IMG/VR virus record: IMGVR_UViG_3300045412_000547
DNA from: a virus
Reading direction: 5' to 3' (one strand)
Length of the DNA: 64,000 nt
Below the pieces are notes generated by a model, which saw only the letters and a program-made list of their open reading frames with translations, ran no database searches and had not been told where the DNA came from. This document shows, in pieces, positions 26,826-38,715 of the stretch (position 1 is its first letter; each line of letters opens with the position of its first letter). A program made the translations under genes and the position numbers.

Positions 26826-28567
26826 TTATTATATTTATTTTTACAGCACTTACTTAAAAATGCTAGTTCTTTTATTGCTTCAACTAAAAGAGGTACAATT
26901 CTTTCATAATCAACAGCTTTTTGACCGTTTTCTCTAGTAATAACGGCGTTTGGTAAGACCTTTTCAACTTCCTGGGCAATAACACCATAGCTACTACCTG
27001 TTTTACCTGAAGCACTATTCCAGTCGAATTCAACGCCCCTAATTTCTTTTATTTTTTCAAGAGAGTTAGAAATAATTTTAATATTCTCTTTTAAATTAAT
27101 ATCAGATGTTGAAAATGCAGTTATATCCCCTGTTGCATTCAATGTTCCATTAACCTGCAGTAGCCCGGATCCGGGCTGTAATGTTAACGAACCGGTAGGG
27201 TTAATTGAAACTGAAGACCCTCTAATTGAAATATTACCCGTGGGGTGCATTTCAACACTATTAGTAGGGTTTATATAAACAGGACCAGCTTTACCTAGGT
27301 AAGTATTATCCGAGTCTATATGCATATTACCGCTTCTTGCACGTATAAACATACCACCGGTACCAGCGGAAAGGCCTATATAACCATTTGAGCCAGTACG
27401 TACCATGAAATTATTATCATCTCCGCCGGGGCGAGGAGCAAAACTTGTAGAACCTGAAACTGAAAAATGAGCATTATATTGATTAGCACGAGCTGCCCAT
27501 GATTCCGTACCAATACCCACAAACGGACCATCAGCTATAACCATGGCCGTATTAAGACCTGCAGGATGAATATTATTATCACCATCAAACCGAGCTATAG
27601 ATTGTTGAGATGTATCTCTTTGCCAAACTACTAGTGCAGGAGACAGTTTATTAGTATTTATTACTGATAATGCACTAGTGGTTGAAATAATAGTTTCTAA
27701 ATATGTTAAATCTCCATATACTGATAAATTGCCAGTTATGGTTGCATTACCATCAAAATTTACATTATTTCTAAATAGTGCAAACCCAGAAAAATCTAAG
27801 TCAGGAGAACCAGTATCGCCGTTAATAGGTGGAGTAAATACAATATTATTATTACTATTAAGAGTAATAAGGGGTAGATTATCTCTTTCTAACAATAAGC
27901 TATTTTTACCAATAATATAAAAATTACCACTTAAGCTTTCAATGGTGTTTTGATTAGCACGAATTTGAATCTGGTTAGGGTTTGGGGTGGTTCCGTTAAT
28001 ATATAATCTATCATCAACATTGACTTTAGCCTCTAAACTATTTCGTACGGCCCTGTTTCTAGCATCACCAAAATAAAAGCTTTGGTATAATGCACATAAA
28101 GACCAAAATGTTGCGTCTAAATTAATTTTACTATAAGTTTGTTGAATTGAATTAGGCAGACCTGTATCATTGTATTCAAGATTAAACCCATCTCCTATAA
28201 GATCTCTAGACACTCTCCATAGACCTCCAATGGCTTCGGGGTTTTCTAATGAGTTAGGGTATGGTAAGGGGCCGGCCACGTCCCATGATTGACCGTTATA
28301 AGAGAATAAATTACCCTGTTTAGTATCAAAAATAGTATCACCTATAAAAGCAAGGGAACTAAATAAAAGTTTATTACTAGTTCTACCTAAAAATAAGCTG
28401 CTTACAGGTCTTCCTCCGTAGGAAATACCATCTCCAACAAACATGCGTTGTGTGTCAACAGTATACCCTAATTCACCTTCTGCAAGTATAGTATTTACTC
28501 GATCATTATTTTGACCACGGCGTACCAAAATTTTAACTAATGTATCTGCTGTAATTTCTATTGCCAT
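26822..28567 (-). CDS. Tail fibre with Mtd-N-like anchor and C-terminal peptidase S74 intramolecular chaperone
   Basis: ILVRRG...GELGYTVDTQRMFVGDG at the N-terminus; SDINLKENI...GVEFDW...GVIAQEVEKVLP...VPLLVEAIKEL at the C-terminus. Confidence 0.9.
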   Translation of the reverse strand: MAIEITADTLVKILVRRGQNNDRVNTILAEGELGYTVDTQRMFVGDGISYGGRPVSSLFLGRTSNKLLFSSLAFIGDTIFDTKQGNLFSYNGQSWDVAGPLPYPNSLENPEAIGGLWRVSRDLIGDGFNLEYNDTGLPNSIQQTYSKINLDATFWSLCALYQSFYFGDARNRAVRNSLEAKVNVDDRLYINGTTPNPNQIQIRANQNTIESLSGNFYIIGKNSLLLERDNLPLITLNSNNNIVFTPPINGDTGSPDLDFSGFALFRNNVNFDGNATITGNLSVYGDLTYLETIISTTSALSVINTNKLSPALVVWQRDTSQQSIARFDGDNNIHPAGLNTAMVIADGPFVGIGTESWAARANQYNAHFSVSGSTSFAPRPGGDDNNFMVRTGSNGYIGLSAGTGGMFIRARSGNMHIDSDNTYLGKAGPVYINPTNSVEMHPTGNISIRGSSVSINPTGSLTLQPGSGLLQVNGTLNATGDITAFSTSDINLKENIKIISNSLEKIKEIRGVEFDWNSASGKTGSSYGVIAQEVEKVLPNAVITRENGQKAVDYERIVPLLVEAIKELAFLSKCCKNKYNK

Positions 28568-28568
28568 A

Positions 28569-29249
28569 TTATGATACCATTAAAAAATTACCGTTTTTCC
28601 ATAATTTTCCTGGTGTTGCGGGAGCAACTGTTGGAAGGTTATCTATACCAAAGCCAGTTCCATTAATATTTTGATTAATAGTTCTTAAGGATGAAATATT
28701 AATTGTAGATGGGTCAACATAAATTTGATTACTGGCATTAATTTTAATAGTATTGTTATCATAATTTATAGAGATTGGAGCAGTAGGCCCAGATTTGTAT
28801 AATCCTGTAGTTGCTCCTAGATATACGCTTGAATGCACGTTTGCTGCACTAATTGAATTTAATGTTAAGGAAAGCTTTCCTTGTGCATCAAAAACAATAG
28901 AGCTTCCATCTACTCTTGATCCAATATACATATAAGCAGATTTACTGCTAAAATTAGGGAAATTGTTTACATCAACACCGGTTAAAGTGTATAGCTTATT
29001 ATCGCCTGTATTAAAAATAAGATCGCCTACCTGGGCAAACTTAAATAAACTAATTGTGGTATCTAAATTTCCTTGGTAAAATTTTGTTGAGACTGAATTT
29101 CCTCCTGCTGTAGACCCGTCACCAACGAATAATCTTCTCGATTGGACGTCGGTTGTAAAGCCAAGTTCACCGTTATCTAAAATAACGAGTTTTCTTTCTA
29201 CATCCGTACCACGTCTTATTTTTATCTTAGCTATTGTTACACTTGCCAT
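28569..29249 (-). CDS. Short tail-fibre protein with Mtd-N-like domain
   Basis: IKIRRG...GELGFTTD..RRLFVGDG, paralogous to the N-terminus of 26822..28567; ends PTVAPATPGKLWKNG. Confidence 0.75.
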   Translation of the reverse strand: MASVTIAKIKIRRGTDVERKLVILDNGELGFTTDVQSRRLFVGDGSTAGGNSVSTKFYQGNLDTTISLFKFAQVGDLIFNTGDNKLYTLTGVDVNNFPNFSSKSAYMYIGSRVDGSSIVFDAQGKLSLTLNSISAANVHSSVYLGATTGLYKSGPTAPISINYDNNTIKINASNQIYVDPSTINISSLRTINQNINGTGFGIDNLPTVAPATPGKLWKNGNFLMVS

Positions 29250-29288
29250 TGAAATTATTTATTTATTTTATTTAGATTCAAAGGGTAT

Positions 29289-30893
29289 TTAACCTACTCT
29301 GACTATATCATTTTCTAGAGGGCCATAACTGACAGAATCCTTTAAAATATCTAAAATCTGTACTTGGTTATTATAAATCTTTTCAAAGCACCTATTAATT
29401 ATATTGTTTTGAAGTATTTCATTACTTCCTATAAAATATGTCATATCCTGTTCAAAAGAAATATTTTTATATTCAATCGGAAATAAGTATCTTGCTCCAT
29501 TAAAAACAAGATTATTAAAATTATCTCGTGACGCAACAAATTTTCCTTTAATCTGATCTCTAAATCTACAAATAGCTGTTAAAAGTTTAGAAAAAGATTT
29601 ATTTAATGCCCAATTTTGAACATATTCGTTTTTAGAAATTTTAATTTCATCAAAACTATATATATCAAAATCGTTTATAGATAAAACGTCATATAAATTA
29701 ATACTATCATGAAGCTGGACTATTTTTCCAACGTTATTATACCATAAAAACACAAAGATTTGTTCTTCTCCGTTCATATTAATAGAATCTGCCCACTTAA
29801 TAACTTGGCTGCTATCGACATAAACACGATAAAACAAAAATTTTCCTATATTTACATTGGGTTTAGATATAAATCGCTTATAGATGTTTTTTGATGTAAC
29901 AATATAAAAAATGTTATTATTGGTTTTCGAAAAAAACGTACATTTTAATACTTCTCCGGCAACTAGGTTTAATGAAATTATATTTTTTTGAGAAAAGTTA
30001 TTATTATATACAAATAACTTTTTATCCGTTGTTAAAACGTAAAACTGCCCAATATGATCTGAATTTATATGTATAGGGTATGATGAAAGAAAATCTATAA
30101 ACAGCCTATATGTCGACAACCAATTTAAATTATAATCATATCTTTTAATTGTTTTGTTACCTGAATCTAAAACAAAAATTTCATTATTATAAATAGTAAA
30201 AGATTCGGGGCTATTAAATTCTGTTTTATCTCTTGTTGACCCGTACCCGCCTATACTTTTCTCATATATAGGAATATTTTTATAGATATTATCATCAGTT
30301 AAAAACCCCGAGGCATCGTATTTTAAAAGATAATTTGATCCTTTGTCAAGAACAAACATTTGATTTAACGAATTAAATTCGATTCCGCGTATATTATTAA
30401 AAATAACTCCTGAATCAATATATGTAGAATCTGATTGATAGGTAAGATTACCAAATGTATTGTAAAAGTTAGATATAATCGTAGAAATTGTACCTGAATT
30501 ACTTAAAAACATAGTGTATTCATCTTTATTATTATTTCTTTGAACTGAAATAATAGTTGTGTTGTCTATGTTATTAAAACCTCTTCCTGCAAAAGAATAA
30601 AATTCATTAGTACTTAACCCTCTTTTCCAAGTTAAGTTATTATCGGACACTGAAGAAAGGCCGAATGTAGCGGTAGTTGAAATGGGTATTATATTTGAGG
30701 ATATCTTACTATATCTATACAAATATAATAAATTAAAATATAGTTTTTCAAATTTTGAATTAATAATATTATTCGTTACTAACTCATTTGGTTGTAATTT
30801 TATTTTTTCAAAATTAAAAGGTAGCTCTATATTATCGCCTAAATAACGATCATATAATAAACCATATTCTTCAAAAATAGAATTTATATTCAT
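29289..30893 (-). CDS. Virion/baseplate protein with NHL-type beta-propeller
   Basis: MFVLDKGSN and FNSPESFTI..IFVLDSGNKTIKRYD repeats. Confidence 0.65.
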   Translation of the reverse strand: MNINSIFEEYGLLYDRYLGDNIELPFNFEKIKLQPNELVTNNIINSKFEKLYFNLLYLYRYSKISSNIIPISTTATFGLSSVSDNNLTWKRGLSTNEFYSFAGRGFNNIDNTTIISVQRNNNKDEYTMFLSNSGTISTIISNFYNTFGNLTYQSDSTYIDSGVIFNNIRGIEFNSLNQMFVLDKGSNYLLKYDASGFLTDDNIYKNIPIYEKSIGGYGSTRDKTEFNSPESFTIYNNEIFVLDSGNKTIKRYDYNLNWLSTYRLFIDFLSSYPIHINSDHIGQFYVLTTDKKLFVYNNNFSQKNIISLNLVAGEVLKCTFFSKTNNNIFYIVTSKNIYKRFISKPNVNIGKFLFYRVYVDSSQVIKWADSINMNGEEQIFVFLWYNNVGKIVQLHDSINLYDVLSINDFDIYSFDEIKISKNEYVQNWALNKSFSKLLTAICRFRDQIKGKFVASRDNFNNLVFNGARYLFPIEYKNISFEQDMTYFIGSNEILQNNIINRCFEKIYNNQVQILDILKDSVSYGPLENDIVRVG

Positions 30894-33800
30894 TAGTTAA
30901 TCCATTTAATTTTATTTAGCTTTGAATACCCAGGTGTTGTTTGTTCTAAAAAATTAATAACTCGAGATTCAAGCGCATTTTTTAAATCACTATTAGTAAT
31001 ACCAGTGTTTTTAATAATTAAATTATAGTTTGTAGATTTAGAACCAGGAGTAGAAAATCTAAAAAACCGTTCAATTTCTTCCATATAACTCCTTTTTCCA
31101 CAAGCTATATCAAAATTAACTGAAAGTATAGGCAAATCTTCTTTATTTTGAAAATAAACATCAAAATTATTTAAAGGTGTACTGTAGAGATAAAAACCTT
31201 TAATTTTAAAGTTACTTAGAACATAAGCAGGCTTTTCAAGGTAGTTAAACAGGGGTAATGAATTGGTATATATACTAGTACCTACAAAAAACGGTCTGTC
31301 TAATAAGTTGCTAAACTTAAATTTTCTGGGTGCAAATTCTACTCTTTTTATCTCATAACTATCTATAAAAAGTGACATAAATCCTTTATAGGAGTCGTAG
31401 CGAACAGCAAAATGATGATAACCAGGATCTAACGATGAAAGGCTTGTTATTATTTCGAGATTTTGATTTTGAGAAGTTGCAAAAACATTTACTAATTTAG
31501 TTTTTACGTTTAAATTTGAAGAGGAGTATTTAGGTTGAATATAATTTCTTAAAAAGTTTGAATTTGTAAAATTTGAACCAAAAGCCGTAGTAATATTTGA
31601 AAATGTAGTATTAAGAACAACACCATCATTATTTAAAGTAATAAATTTTAACTTATTACTAGAAAGAGGCGCTTGTTGTGTAATGATGGGGTAATTTACG
31701 GCGCCGTTTTTATCAATTTCAGAAACAAAATCAATATTAAAGTTTTTATATGTAGTATCGGTAATAACACCGGATAAAATGAACGTTCTATCTTGTGTAT
31801 ATTTAATAAATTTATTTTTATCAAATAAAATCCATATATTTTGATCAAAATCGAAGTTAAACGAATCTACTGTATAATTTATTTTAAATGCTGTTAGTAT
31901 TGGTACAGAATTACCTTCAAAATCTTTCCATTTAATTATAGTGTTAGTACTTTCCTTTAAATAATAAATATCGTTGCCTACTTTTTTACTAATACGACCA
32001 GGTGTCATATATACATAATCATTGTAATATACGAATGATTGAACATTTGAAACTGTTATTGAAGGAAACTCACCTACAGGAGACCTTCTTTTAATAATAT
32101 AATCAGGATCTGCAGTTACATCTTCAACATTCATATTTACTAAATCAGCTCTGTAAAATTTATTTACAAAAGAAGGTCCTGCAGGTACTTTACACAAGAA
32201 AAACGCATCATTATAGTCATAATCGTAATTTATAACATATTTTATCTCACCATTTTCATCTATAACAGATTTTTCATGTGTATTCAAATTAGACATTCTA
32301 ATAAATTTATTATTTTCTAGTAATACGTAGTAGTTTTCAAAGCCATCAAATCTCAAGACACCTAGTACTTTACTTGAAAATTCTATACTTTGTAAAAATT
32401 TCATATCAGTGTTAAAAATTTCTATATTTTCTTTGTTATTAATAAAAATAGTTGGTGTGACTGTGTTATAATTGAAAATACCGAACCCATCTCCAGCAAA
32501 ATTTCCTATTAATTGATAGCCTATTGGTTTTGACCAATCATCAGAATAACCAAAAAAGCACATAGTAAATTGATTAGTATTTTCTATGCTTGATAAATTT
32601 ACTGTATATGAATATCTATTACCATCAAAAACAAACTCTGTTTGATTTTCAATAGAATTATCGTAAGCAGAAGAACCGTTAATAAATTTATAGTTTGCTA
32701 AGTTTTTTTGAACTAAATTAGGTTCAAGTGTGCGTAAAAATCCTTTTACATACTGGGGACCAATATGTTGATACGCGTAATAGGTTCCCGGTTCAAAAAT
32801 AAGATCTGAAGGTTTATCAAATACCTCTACTCCATTGAGAATAGCTCTAGCTTGATCAAATAAACACTCAAAAACAGAAACATAACGTATAGCTTGAAAT
32901 TCACTACCGCTTAGCGCATCAAAAAACGATATTTTAGCAGGATCATAATATCTATCTACCCATATAGGCTTAACATCTGAATTAATACTACCGGATAGCC
33001 ATGAACATAAAAATGTAGAATCTGTTTCTTCTATAGTTTCTCCATAATGAGATGTATCTTTATAGTCCGCTTTCTTTTTAAACACTTTATCTGCTTTTAA
33101 AGGATGATCTCCAGCGATAGCACCAGCTTCTATTAACCCGGCATCATTAATATTAAGTTGTTTATATGGATAAAAGTTATACGGTATATGAAAATATGTT
33201 ACTTGATCTGGAAAAAATTGAATTAAATTGGTAAACGCATCGTAAGACATAGAAATATTATCGTTACCTAATATTTGATTTGATCCAGAAAATATTTTTT
33301 TATAGTCTCTAAATTCTACAGAAGGTTCAAAAATAAAAGGGTTGCTTCTTGATTGAAAATTTTCCGGGGTTGATGTATTTTTTAATGATAATAGATTAAG
33401 ATTAAGAGTGTTATTCGAAAGAGTATAATATTGATTATGTAATAAAATATTAGAATTTACGTTTTCAAAGCTTCTATTTTCATTAATATCTTGTGAATTG
33501 TTTTTAAAGTTTTTTTCATATGAAACCCACGAGTCGTAAATTTTAGTATCGTTAGATACTTCGGGTCGATACATAAATTTCCATAAACTAAGAGACGAAT
33601 AAGGAACAGAGCCAGCTGTAAGAGGATCTGACAATACTAATTTGTTTGTAGTATTGTTTAATTCTAAAAATTTTGGAACATCATTAAGATTTTTTAAAAA
33701 TACTATAGCATCTGTGTCTTTATCATAAATATAGCTAAAGATTTGCGGACTATATAATCCTAAACCATCGGCATTAGCATCTACAGCAAAAGTTAAATTA

Positions 33801-34282
33801 TTAGTTATATCTACAGTAAGATATCTTGAAATTCCTTTATCTTCATGACTAATTTTACATTTATTTTCATCTAAAAAGAGAATATCAAAAAAATATCTTT
33901 GATCCATTTCAGATAAAGATCCAGAAACAGCAACTGCTGCTACTGTTGAGCCAATATCTTTTTGCTGCACTACCCAAAATTTAGAAAAAGTAGTAATATC
34001 GGGTATAGCATTACCTGCTATATATGTTGAGAATCCCTCATCTTGTAAAGGGCTAAGCTGTTTTAAAGATAATACATCTGAAATAATTTGCTTTTTAGAT
34101 AAAAATAAATTTGAAAAATTATTAATTGAATTATCGTTTGCGTCTTTTAAAACTTCTGGTGCATTGAAGGATATATTTTCTTCTAGATTAAAAGGTTTAT
34201 TTTTAAAAATAACTGTATTATCCTCAGAATAAACTGCAGAAAGAGATCTAAAATTTAAGGAATTTAAAATGTTTATGTTCAT
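30893..34282 (-). CDS. Large virion/baseplate protein (beta-rich, LamG-like C-terminus)
   Basis: 1129 aa; GYHHFAVRYD...LFIDS LamG-like segment and propeller-like repeats; late motif upstream. Confidence 0.55.
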   Translation of the reverse strand: MNINILNSLNFRSLSAVYSEDNTVIFKNKPFNLEENISFNAPEVLKDANDNSINNFSNLFLSKKQIISDVLSLKQLSPLQDEGFSTYIAGNAIPDITTFSKFWVVQQKDIGSTVAAVAVSGSLSEMDQRYFFDILFLDENKCKISHEDKGISRYLTVDITNNLTFAVDANADGLGLYSPQIFSYIYDKDTDAIVFLKNLNDVPKFLELNNTTNKLVLSDPLTAGSVPYSSLSLWKFMYRPEVSNDTKIYDSWVSYEKNFKNNSQDINENRSFENVNSNILLHNQYYTLSNNTLNLNLLSLKNTSTPENFQSRSNPFIFEPSVEFRDYKKIFSGSNQILGNDNISMSYDAFTNLIQFFPDQVTYFHIPYNFYPYKQLNINDAGLIEAGAIAGDHPLKADKVFKKKADYKDTSHYGETIEETDSTFLCSWLSGSINSDVKPIWVDRYYDPAKISFFDALSGSEFQAIRYVSVFECLFDQARAILNGVEVFDKPSDLIFEPGTYYAYQHIGPQYVKGFLRTLEPNLVQKNLANYKFINGSSAYDNSIENQTEFVFDGNRYSYTVNLSSIENTNQFTMCFFGYSDDWSKPIGYQLIGNFAGDGFGIFNYNTVTPTIFINNKENIEIFNTDMKFLQSIEFSSKVLGVLRFDGFENYYVLLENNKFIRMSNLNTHEKSVIDENGEIKYVINYDYDYNDAFFLCKVPAGPSFVNKFYRADLVNMNVEDVTADPDYIIKRRSPVGEFPSITVSNVQSFVYYNDYVYMTPGRISKKVGNDIYYLKESTNTIIKWKDFEGNSVPILTAFKINYTVDSFNFDFDQNIWILFDKNKFIKYTQDRTFILSGVITDTTYKNFNIDFVSEIDKNGAVNYPIITQQAPLSSNKLKFITLNNDGVVLNTTFSNITTAFGSNFTNSNFLRNYIQPKYSSSNLNVKTKLVNVFATSQNQNLEIITSLSSLDPGYHHFAVRYDSYKGFMSLFIDSYEIKRVEFAPRKFKFSNLLDRPFFVGTSIYTNSLPLFNYLEKPAYVLSNFKIKGFYLYSTPLNNFDVYFQNKEDLPILSVNFDIACGKRSYMEEIERFFRFSTPGSKSTNYNLIIKNTGITNSDLKNALESRVINFLEQTTPGYSKLNKIKWIN

Positions 34283-35806
34283 TTATATATACTTATTAGA
34301 GTATGGTATATCAAATAAAGAGCTATTTCCTAGTGATTTAAACGTTGGTATAGAAGAAAGAATTGAAATATTTACTAATTGATTAGGGTCAACAAATTCT
34401 AATACTGTTGATGAATCTCTTAAATTATAATTTATATCATTAACTAAATGTAAATTATTAATATTATATATTGATTGTTTATATAAATTAAATGAAATAG
34501 TGTATATATTAACATCAAAATTACCTAAAATTGCAGTTACGGACGCTGTATAAGATGTAGGGTCTATATTAGAAGGCCTATATAAAAATTTTATTGCATA
34601 GCTTTTAGGGTCTGCAAAATCAGCTCCTATTCTTAAAATGTTTTCCCCTTCATATGTATATGTAGGTACTATATCTTTATTAATAACTAGAGTTTTATCT
34701 ATGCCGTCACTGTAAATTATTTTAAGTAATTTAAAATAATTATCATCAATGCTTGAAGGATTAATAGTGAGAGTAAAATCACCTTTAAAATCACCTAAAA
34801 AAGTATTATACGATCTTTTTTGAACTGGGTATCCCCAAGGAAAAAATAAACCCCCGTTTGCCGTTGCAGCGAAATTGTATGACGATGCTGTAAGTAAATA
34901 GTAGTACGTTTGTATATCATTATTGACCTGTTGCTGTGTAAATGCATAGTTAAAGATTTTAGTAACTGCAATATTTCCAGTAAAATGTTCGGAATGATTA
35001 CCATCGGTATTAAGATCTTCGGGGGCTCCGCCAATTTGAAAAGGGGATATTGAAGAACCGCTTGAATTAGCAGCTGCCCCAGATATATTTAAATCTATGC
35101 CACTAACATTTAATAAAAAGGTTAAAGGTAGATTTGCAGCGGGTCTTAAATATTGTTTTTCGCCATTAATATATAAATTTGCAATATTTGAAGATCTATT
35201 AAAAGTCACCGCTACATGATTAAAGCCAGTTGTCTTAAGGGGTGAACCACTTGTTTCAAAATATATACAGTTACATCCCGGGCCATAAACGTTGGTACTA
35301 CCTATACCGCTGTAAGCTTTACCAGATCTAGAAACTTGAAGAAGATATCCGGGAGAGAGAGCCCAGTGTCCGTGAGAAATAATTCTTCTAGGGTTAGGAG
35401 TCGGTTGTGTATTGTGTCCTGAAAAAATAGATATTAAAGTAAAACTATTATTATTAAAATCAAAATTATCACTGTCTATAAATCTAATATTACTTAATTT
35501 TGTAGCAGATAAATTAAAAAACTTTCCATTATTGCCTACAATACTTACTCTACCTATTTTTTGATAAGAAGAGATATCATTTACAGACAAATTACCGTAA
35601 TAACAGTAAGGATTAAATGATTCTATATATAAATTAGCTATTTGAGGGAAGCTGGCCAAGGAAACCGAATATATACCGTTATTCACAGTGCATAAATAAG
35701 AAAAAAACGTGCTATAAATAGGATCTACAAACAAGTAGCCGTTTATACAGTCAGGTTTTTGTATGGGTAATTGGTATGAAGACAGTGTTATTGAAAAATT
35801 CTTCAT
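34283..35806 (-). CDS. LamG-domain virion protein (start revised from 35869 to ATG 35806)
   Basis: FNHVAVTF...LYING...FQIGG...FTGNI...IFNYAFT; TAAATA-N5-ATG at 35817-35804. Confidence 0.75.
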   Translation of the reverse strand: MKNFSITLSSYQLPIQKPDCINGYLFVDPIYSTFFSYLCTVNNGIYSVSLASFPQIANLYIESFNPYCYYGNLSVNDISSYQKIGRVSIVGNNGKFFNLSATKLSNIRFIDSDNFDFNNNSFTLISIFSGHNTQPTPNPRRIISHGHWALSPGYLLQVSRSGKAYSGIGSTNVYGPGCNCIYFETSGSPLKTTGFNHVAVTFNRSSNIANLYINGEKQYLRPAANLPLTFLLNVSGIDLNISGAAANSSGSSISPFQIGGAPEDLNTDGNHSEHFTGNIAVTKIFNYAFTQQQVNNDIQTYYYLLTASSYNFAATANGGLFFPWGYPVQKRSYNTFLGDFKGDFTLTINPSSIDDNYFKLLKIIYSDGIDKTLVINKDIVPTYTYEGENILRIGADFADPKSYAIKFLYRPSNIDPTSYTASVTAILGNFDVNIYTISFNLYKQSIYNINNLHLVNDINYNLRDSSTVLEFVDPNQLVNISILSSIPTFKSLGNSSLFDIPYSNKYI

Positions 35807-35814
35807 ATTATTAT

Positions 35815-38715
35815 TTAACAGGGTATTTGTATAGTAAACACGGGCCCTGAGCCGCTTACTCTTACCCATCCAGTAGTTGGAACCACATAAGGAACAGTGG
35901 ACGGGTTAGTAAATACCGCTCCAACTATAGAGCTAAGCGCGGGGTTAACTTCTAATAATCTCCAGTTAGGAGACGCCCAATTATCATGTGTAATAACGTA
36001 ATTATTAAATGTTGTTGTTCTATAGAAAGGGTCGCCTCCGGTAGGAGGATATGTTAAGACATAGCAATCGTTTATATTAGAAGGAGCACCACCTAATAGT
36101 CTAATTTGAGAAGGACCAGAAGTGGGTGTTAATGTAACTGTAGGCGTTATAGTTGGTGTCTGTGTAGGGGTCTGCGTAGATATATTCGTAGTTGTAACAG
36201 AGGGTGTGGGAGATGAGGTAACTGTCTGTGAAGGTGTAATAGAAGGTGTAATAGTTTCGGTAGGTGTAACTGTTTCTGTTGGTGTGTTAGATGGCGTTCT
36301 CGTCGGTGTAGGTGTAAACGAAGTTGGGGTGTTTGTCGGGGTAATAGAGGGAGTAGATGTAATAACAAAATCTTCGCTTTTGTTATTATTAATTACCCCG
36401 TTTATACCAAAATTTTTAATTTCAAAGTTGCTACCGCATAAACCGGAGCTATAACTTAAACCACAATAAACTGCATCTGGTAAAGGTTTAGCATAATAAT
36501 TTTCTGGTAATGTAAAAGTTGCATAATTAAAATAATTTTCATAATTATATTTTTTAAGATCTATTACTACTGTTTTACCGAAATCAGTGAATCTAACTCT
36601 TGCTTTGTGAAATTCAGGTGTGGCATCACCTGTAATTTGTTGATATAGATTAAAAGGAACAGAATATGCTGATCCGTTTAAAGATTGAGATGTATAAATT
36701 AATGGCCAATAATAACAGTAAGGGCCTCTTATTGTTATTGAATTAGGTATACCCACGTCTCTACCTGGTACTATACCAAAACTCGATAATGCAAAGTTAC
36801 CTTTTAAATCAAACCCTATACCTATCAAGCCACCAGATATACCGTCAGATGTCATTTTTGCTGGTATGTATCCGGCATCATTAATCCATGCTGAAATTCC
36901 AGAAACAGCAGTATAGCCAAGCCCCGGACCCGGTCCACCTCCGCTTATAGTTGGTACGAAATTATTTACTAAGAAAACACAGAATCCCTCATCGCCTATT
37001 GGGTTAGCACCATAACAAGCATATTCAAACGAAATAGTTAAATCTGCTTTAGTGCTAAATGATTGCTGTAAGATAAATGAACCGGCTTTTCCGTTTATAG
37101 GCATTTGATAAAAATCAAAAGAGAATGGTGACGGTGTGGGACGTGGTGTCTGAGTCGGTGTTTTTGTAGGTGTCGATGTATTTGTAGGAGTGGGCGTCTC
37201 CGTATATCCAATAGTTTTTGTTGGAGTAGGTGTGGGTGTATTACTTCTTGTATTTGTTGGAGTATGAGATGGAGAAATCGTAAGGGTGGGTGTTACGGAG
37301 GGTGTGGCGGTCGGTGTAAGACCTGGTGTTACAGTATTAGTCGGTGTGATCGTAGCTGTGGGTGTAGGTGTAAAATTAACTGTACGTGTTGGTGTTGTCG
37401 TTGGTGTACTTGTAGTAGTAGATGTAGGTGTTTGTCCAGGAGTCCTAGTGGGCGTCGGTGTGACTGTTCTTGTAGGTGTTAAAGATATTGTTGTTGTAGG
37501 GGTAAGGGTTACTGTAGGAGTAGGTGTAAAAGATGGAGTAATCGTTGGTGTAGGGGTAATTGAAGCTGTTGGAGTGGGGGTAGGAACTTCAATAAACGAG
37601 TTTAAGGATAAAGAAAATAAATCGCCTCCTTGAATTTCCTGGTTTGTTAAAATGATTGTGTCTGTGATGGTGTCTGGTACTATAGTGAAAGATTGATACG
37701 TAGAATTATTTTTAAACCCTAGCTGCCCAAAATCATTTCTACCACATCCAGCTATTATATCACCGCCTACCGAATTAGGTGTAGATGAAACACCAGCAGT
37801 ATAGCTGTACCCTCCAAAAACCCTACTTAACCTTACTGAATTTGATAATACAGTCCATGAATTCTTTGGTGTTGTGTTCCCTAAACCTAGCTGCCCGTAT
37901 GTGTTGTTACCTGTAACCCAAGCTCGACCATTTGAGGAAAGAGCTATACTATACTCGGCCCCGGCGTGTATACCTCTATATTTACCGTCAATTCTTCTAA
38001 AAGTATATTGTATAGAAGGCGATGCCCCTATGCCTAGTTGACCGCTAGAATTATCACCAACTACATACAAATCATATTCTTGTGTTGTAGGGCTATTAAT
38101 ATTACCAGACAGTAATAAAGCATGTGTTAATCCGCATTTTATATTTGACCATACACCCGTAGTAGGTGTCCAAGATGTAAATTGAGTACCTGTATTTCCT
38201 AAGCCTAGTTGACCTTGAAGATTACTTCCTGCTACATACAAAACACCGTTATTACGTATTGCATATGAGAATGCACTGCCTGCTGCTATAGAAGTATATG
38301 TAAACCCACCATCATTAGTAGTATTAAAAAGAGTTCTACTTATTTTATCACCGCTACCTAATTGACCGTGGTTATTTCTACCAGTTCCATAAATTCTACC
38401 ATTTGTTAAATTAATTGCTAAAGAGTGATCTACACCGGCTCCAATACTTGAATATAAACCGGAAATTAGTTTAAAAGTTACTCTTTTAAAATTAGTTCCG
38501 TCTCCTAACTGTCCAAAAGAATTATTACCTGCAGCAGATAATACTCCTGTATTGCTCAGTAATAATGAATGAGCGCTTCCAGCTGCAACTTTAGTAAGAG
38601 AATTTAATGGAAAATAAGAGTCTTGTGATGTAAGTGAAAATAGTAACGAAGAATCCTCTAGTCCTAATTGACCATGTTGATTACCACCGTAACGAGAGAA
38701 AATATTAAGAGCCAT
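35815..38715 (-). CDS. RCC1-repeat + PT stalk + legume-lectin-like domain + PT stalk + small C-domain
   Basis: About seven GxNxxGQLG RCC1 repeats; two TPTPT tracts; GDEGFCVFL...GPGLGY...IGIGFD lectin-like motifs. Confidence 0.8.
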   Translation of the reverse strand: MALNIFSRYGGNQHGQLGLEDSSLLFSLTSQDSYFPLNSLTKVAAGSAHSLLLSNTGVLSAAGNNSFGQLGDGTNFKRVTFKLISGLYSSIGAGVDHSLAINLTNGRIYGTGRNNHGQLGSGDKISRTLFNTTNDGGFTYTSIAAGSAFSYAIRNNGVLYVAGSNLQGQLGLGNTGTQFTSWTPTTGVWSNIKCGLTHALLLSGNINSPTTQEYDLYVVGDNSSGQLGIGASPSIQYTFRRIDGKYRGIHAGAEYSIALSSNGRAWVTGNNTYGQLGLGNTTPKNSWTVLSNSVRLSRVFGGYSYTAGVSSTPNSVGGDIIAGCGRNDFGQLGFKNNSTYQSFTIVPDTITDTIILTNQEIQGGDLFSLSLNSFIEVPTPTPTASITPTPTITPSFTPTPTVTLTPTTTISLTPTRTVTPTPTRTPGQTPTSTTTSTPTTTPTRTVNFTPTPTATITPTNTVTPGLTPTATPSVTPTLTISPSHTPTNTRSNTPTPTPTKTIGYTETPTPTNTSTPTKTPTQTPRPTPSPFSFDFYQMPINGKAGSFILQQSFSTKADLTISFEYACYGANPIGDEGFCVFLVNNFVPTISGGGPGPGLGYTAVSGISAWINDAGYIPAKMTSDGISGGLIGIGFDLKGNFALSSFGIVPGRDVGIPNSITIRGPYCYYWPLIYTSQSLNGSAYSVPFNLYQQITGDATPEFHKARVRFTDFGKTVVIDLKKYNYENYFNYATFTLPENYYAKPLPDAVYCGLSYSSGLCGSNFEIKNFGINGVINNNKSEDFVITSTPSITPTNTPTSFTPTPTRTPSNTPTETVTPTETITPSITPSQTVTSSPTPSVTTTNISTQTPTQTPTITPTVTLTPTSGPSQIRLLGGAPSNINDCYVLTYPPTGGDPFYRTTTFNNYVITHDNWASPNWRLLEVNPALSSIVGAVFTNPSTVPYVVPTTGWVRVSGSGPVFTIQIPC

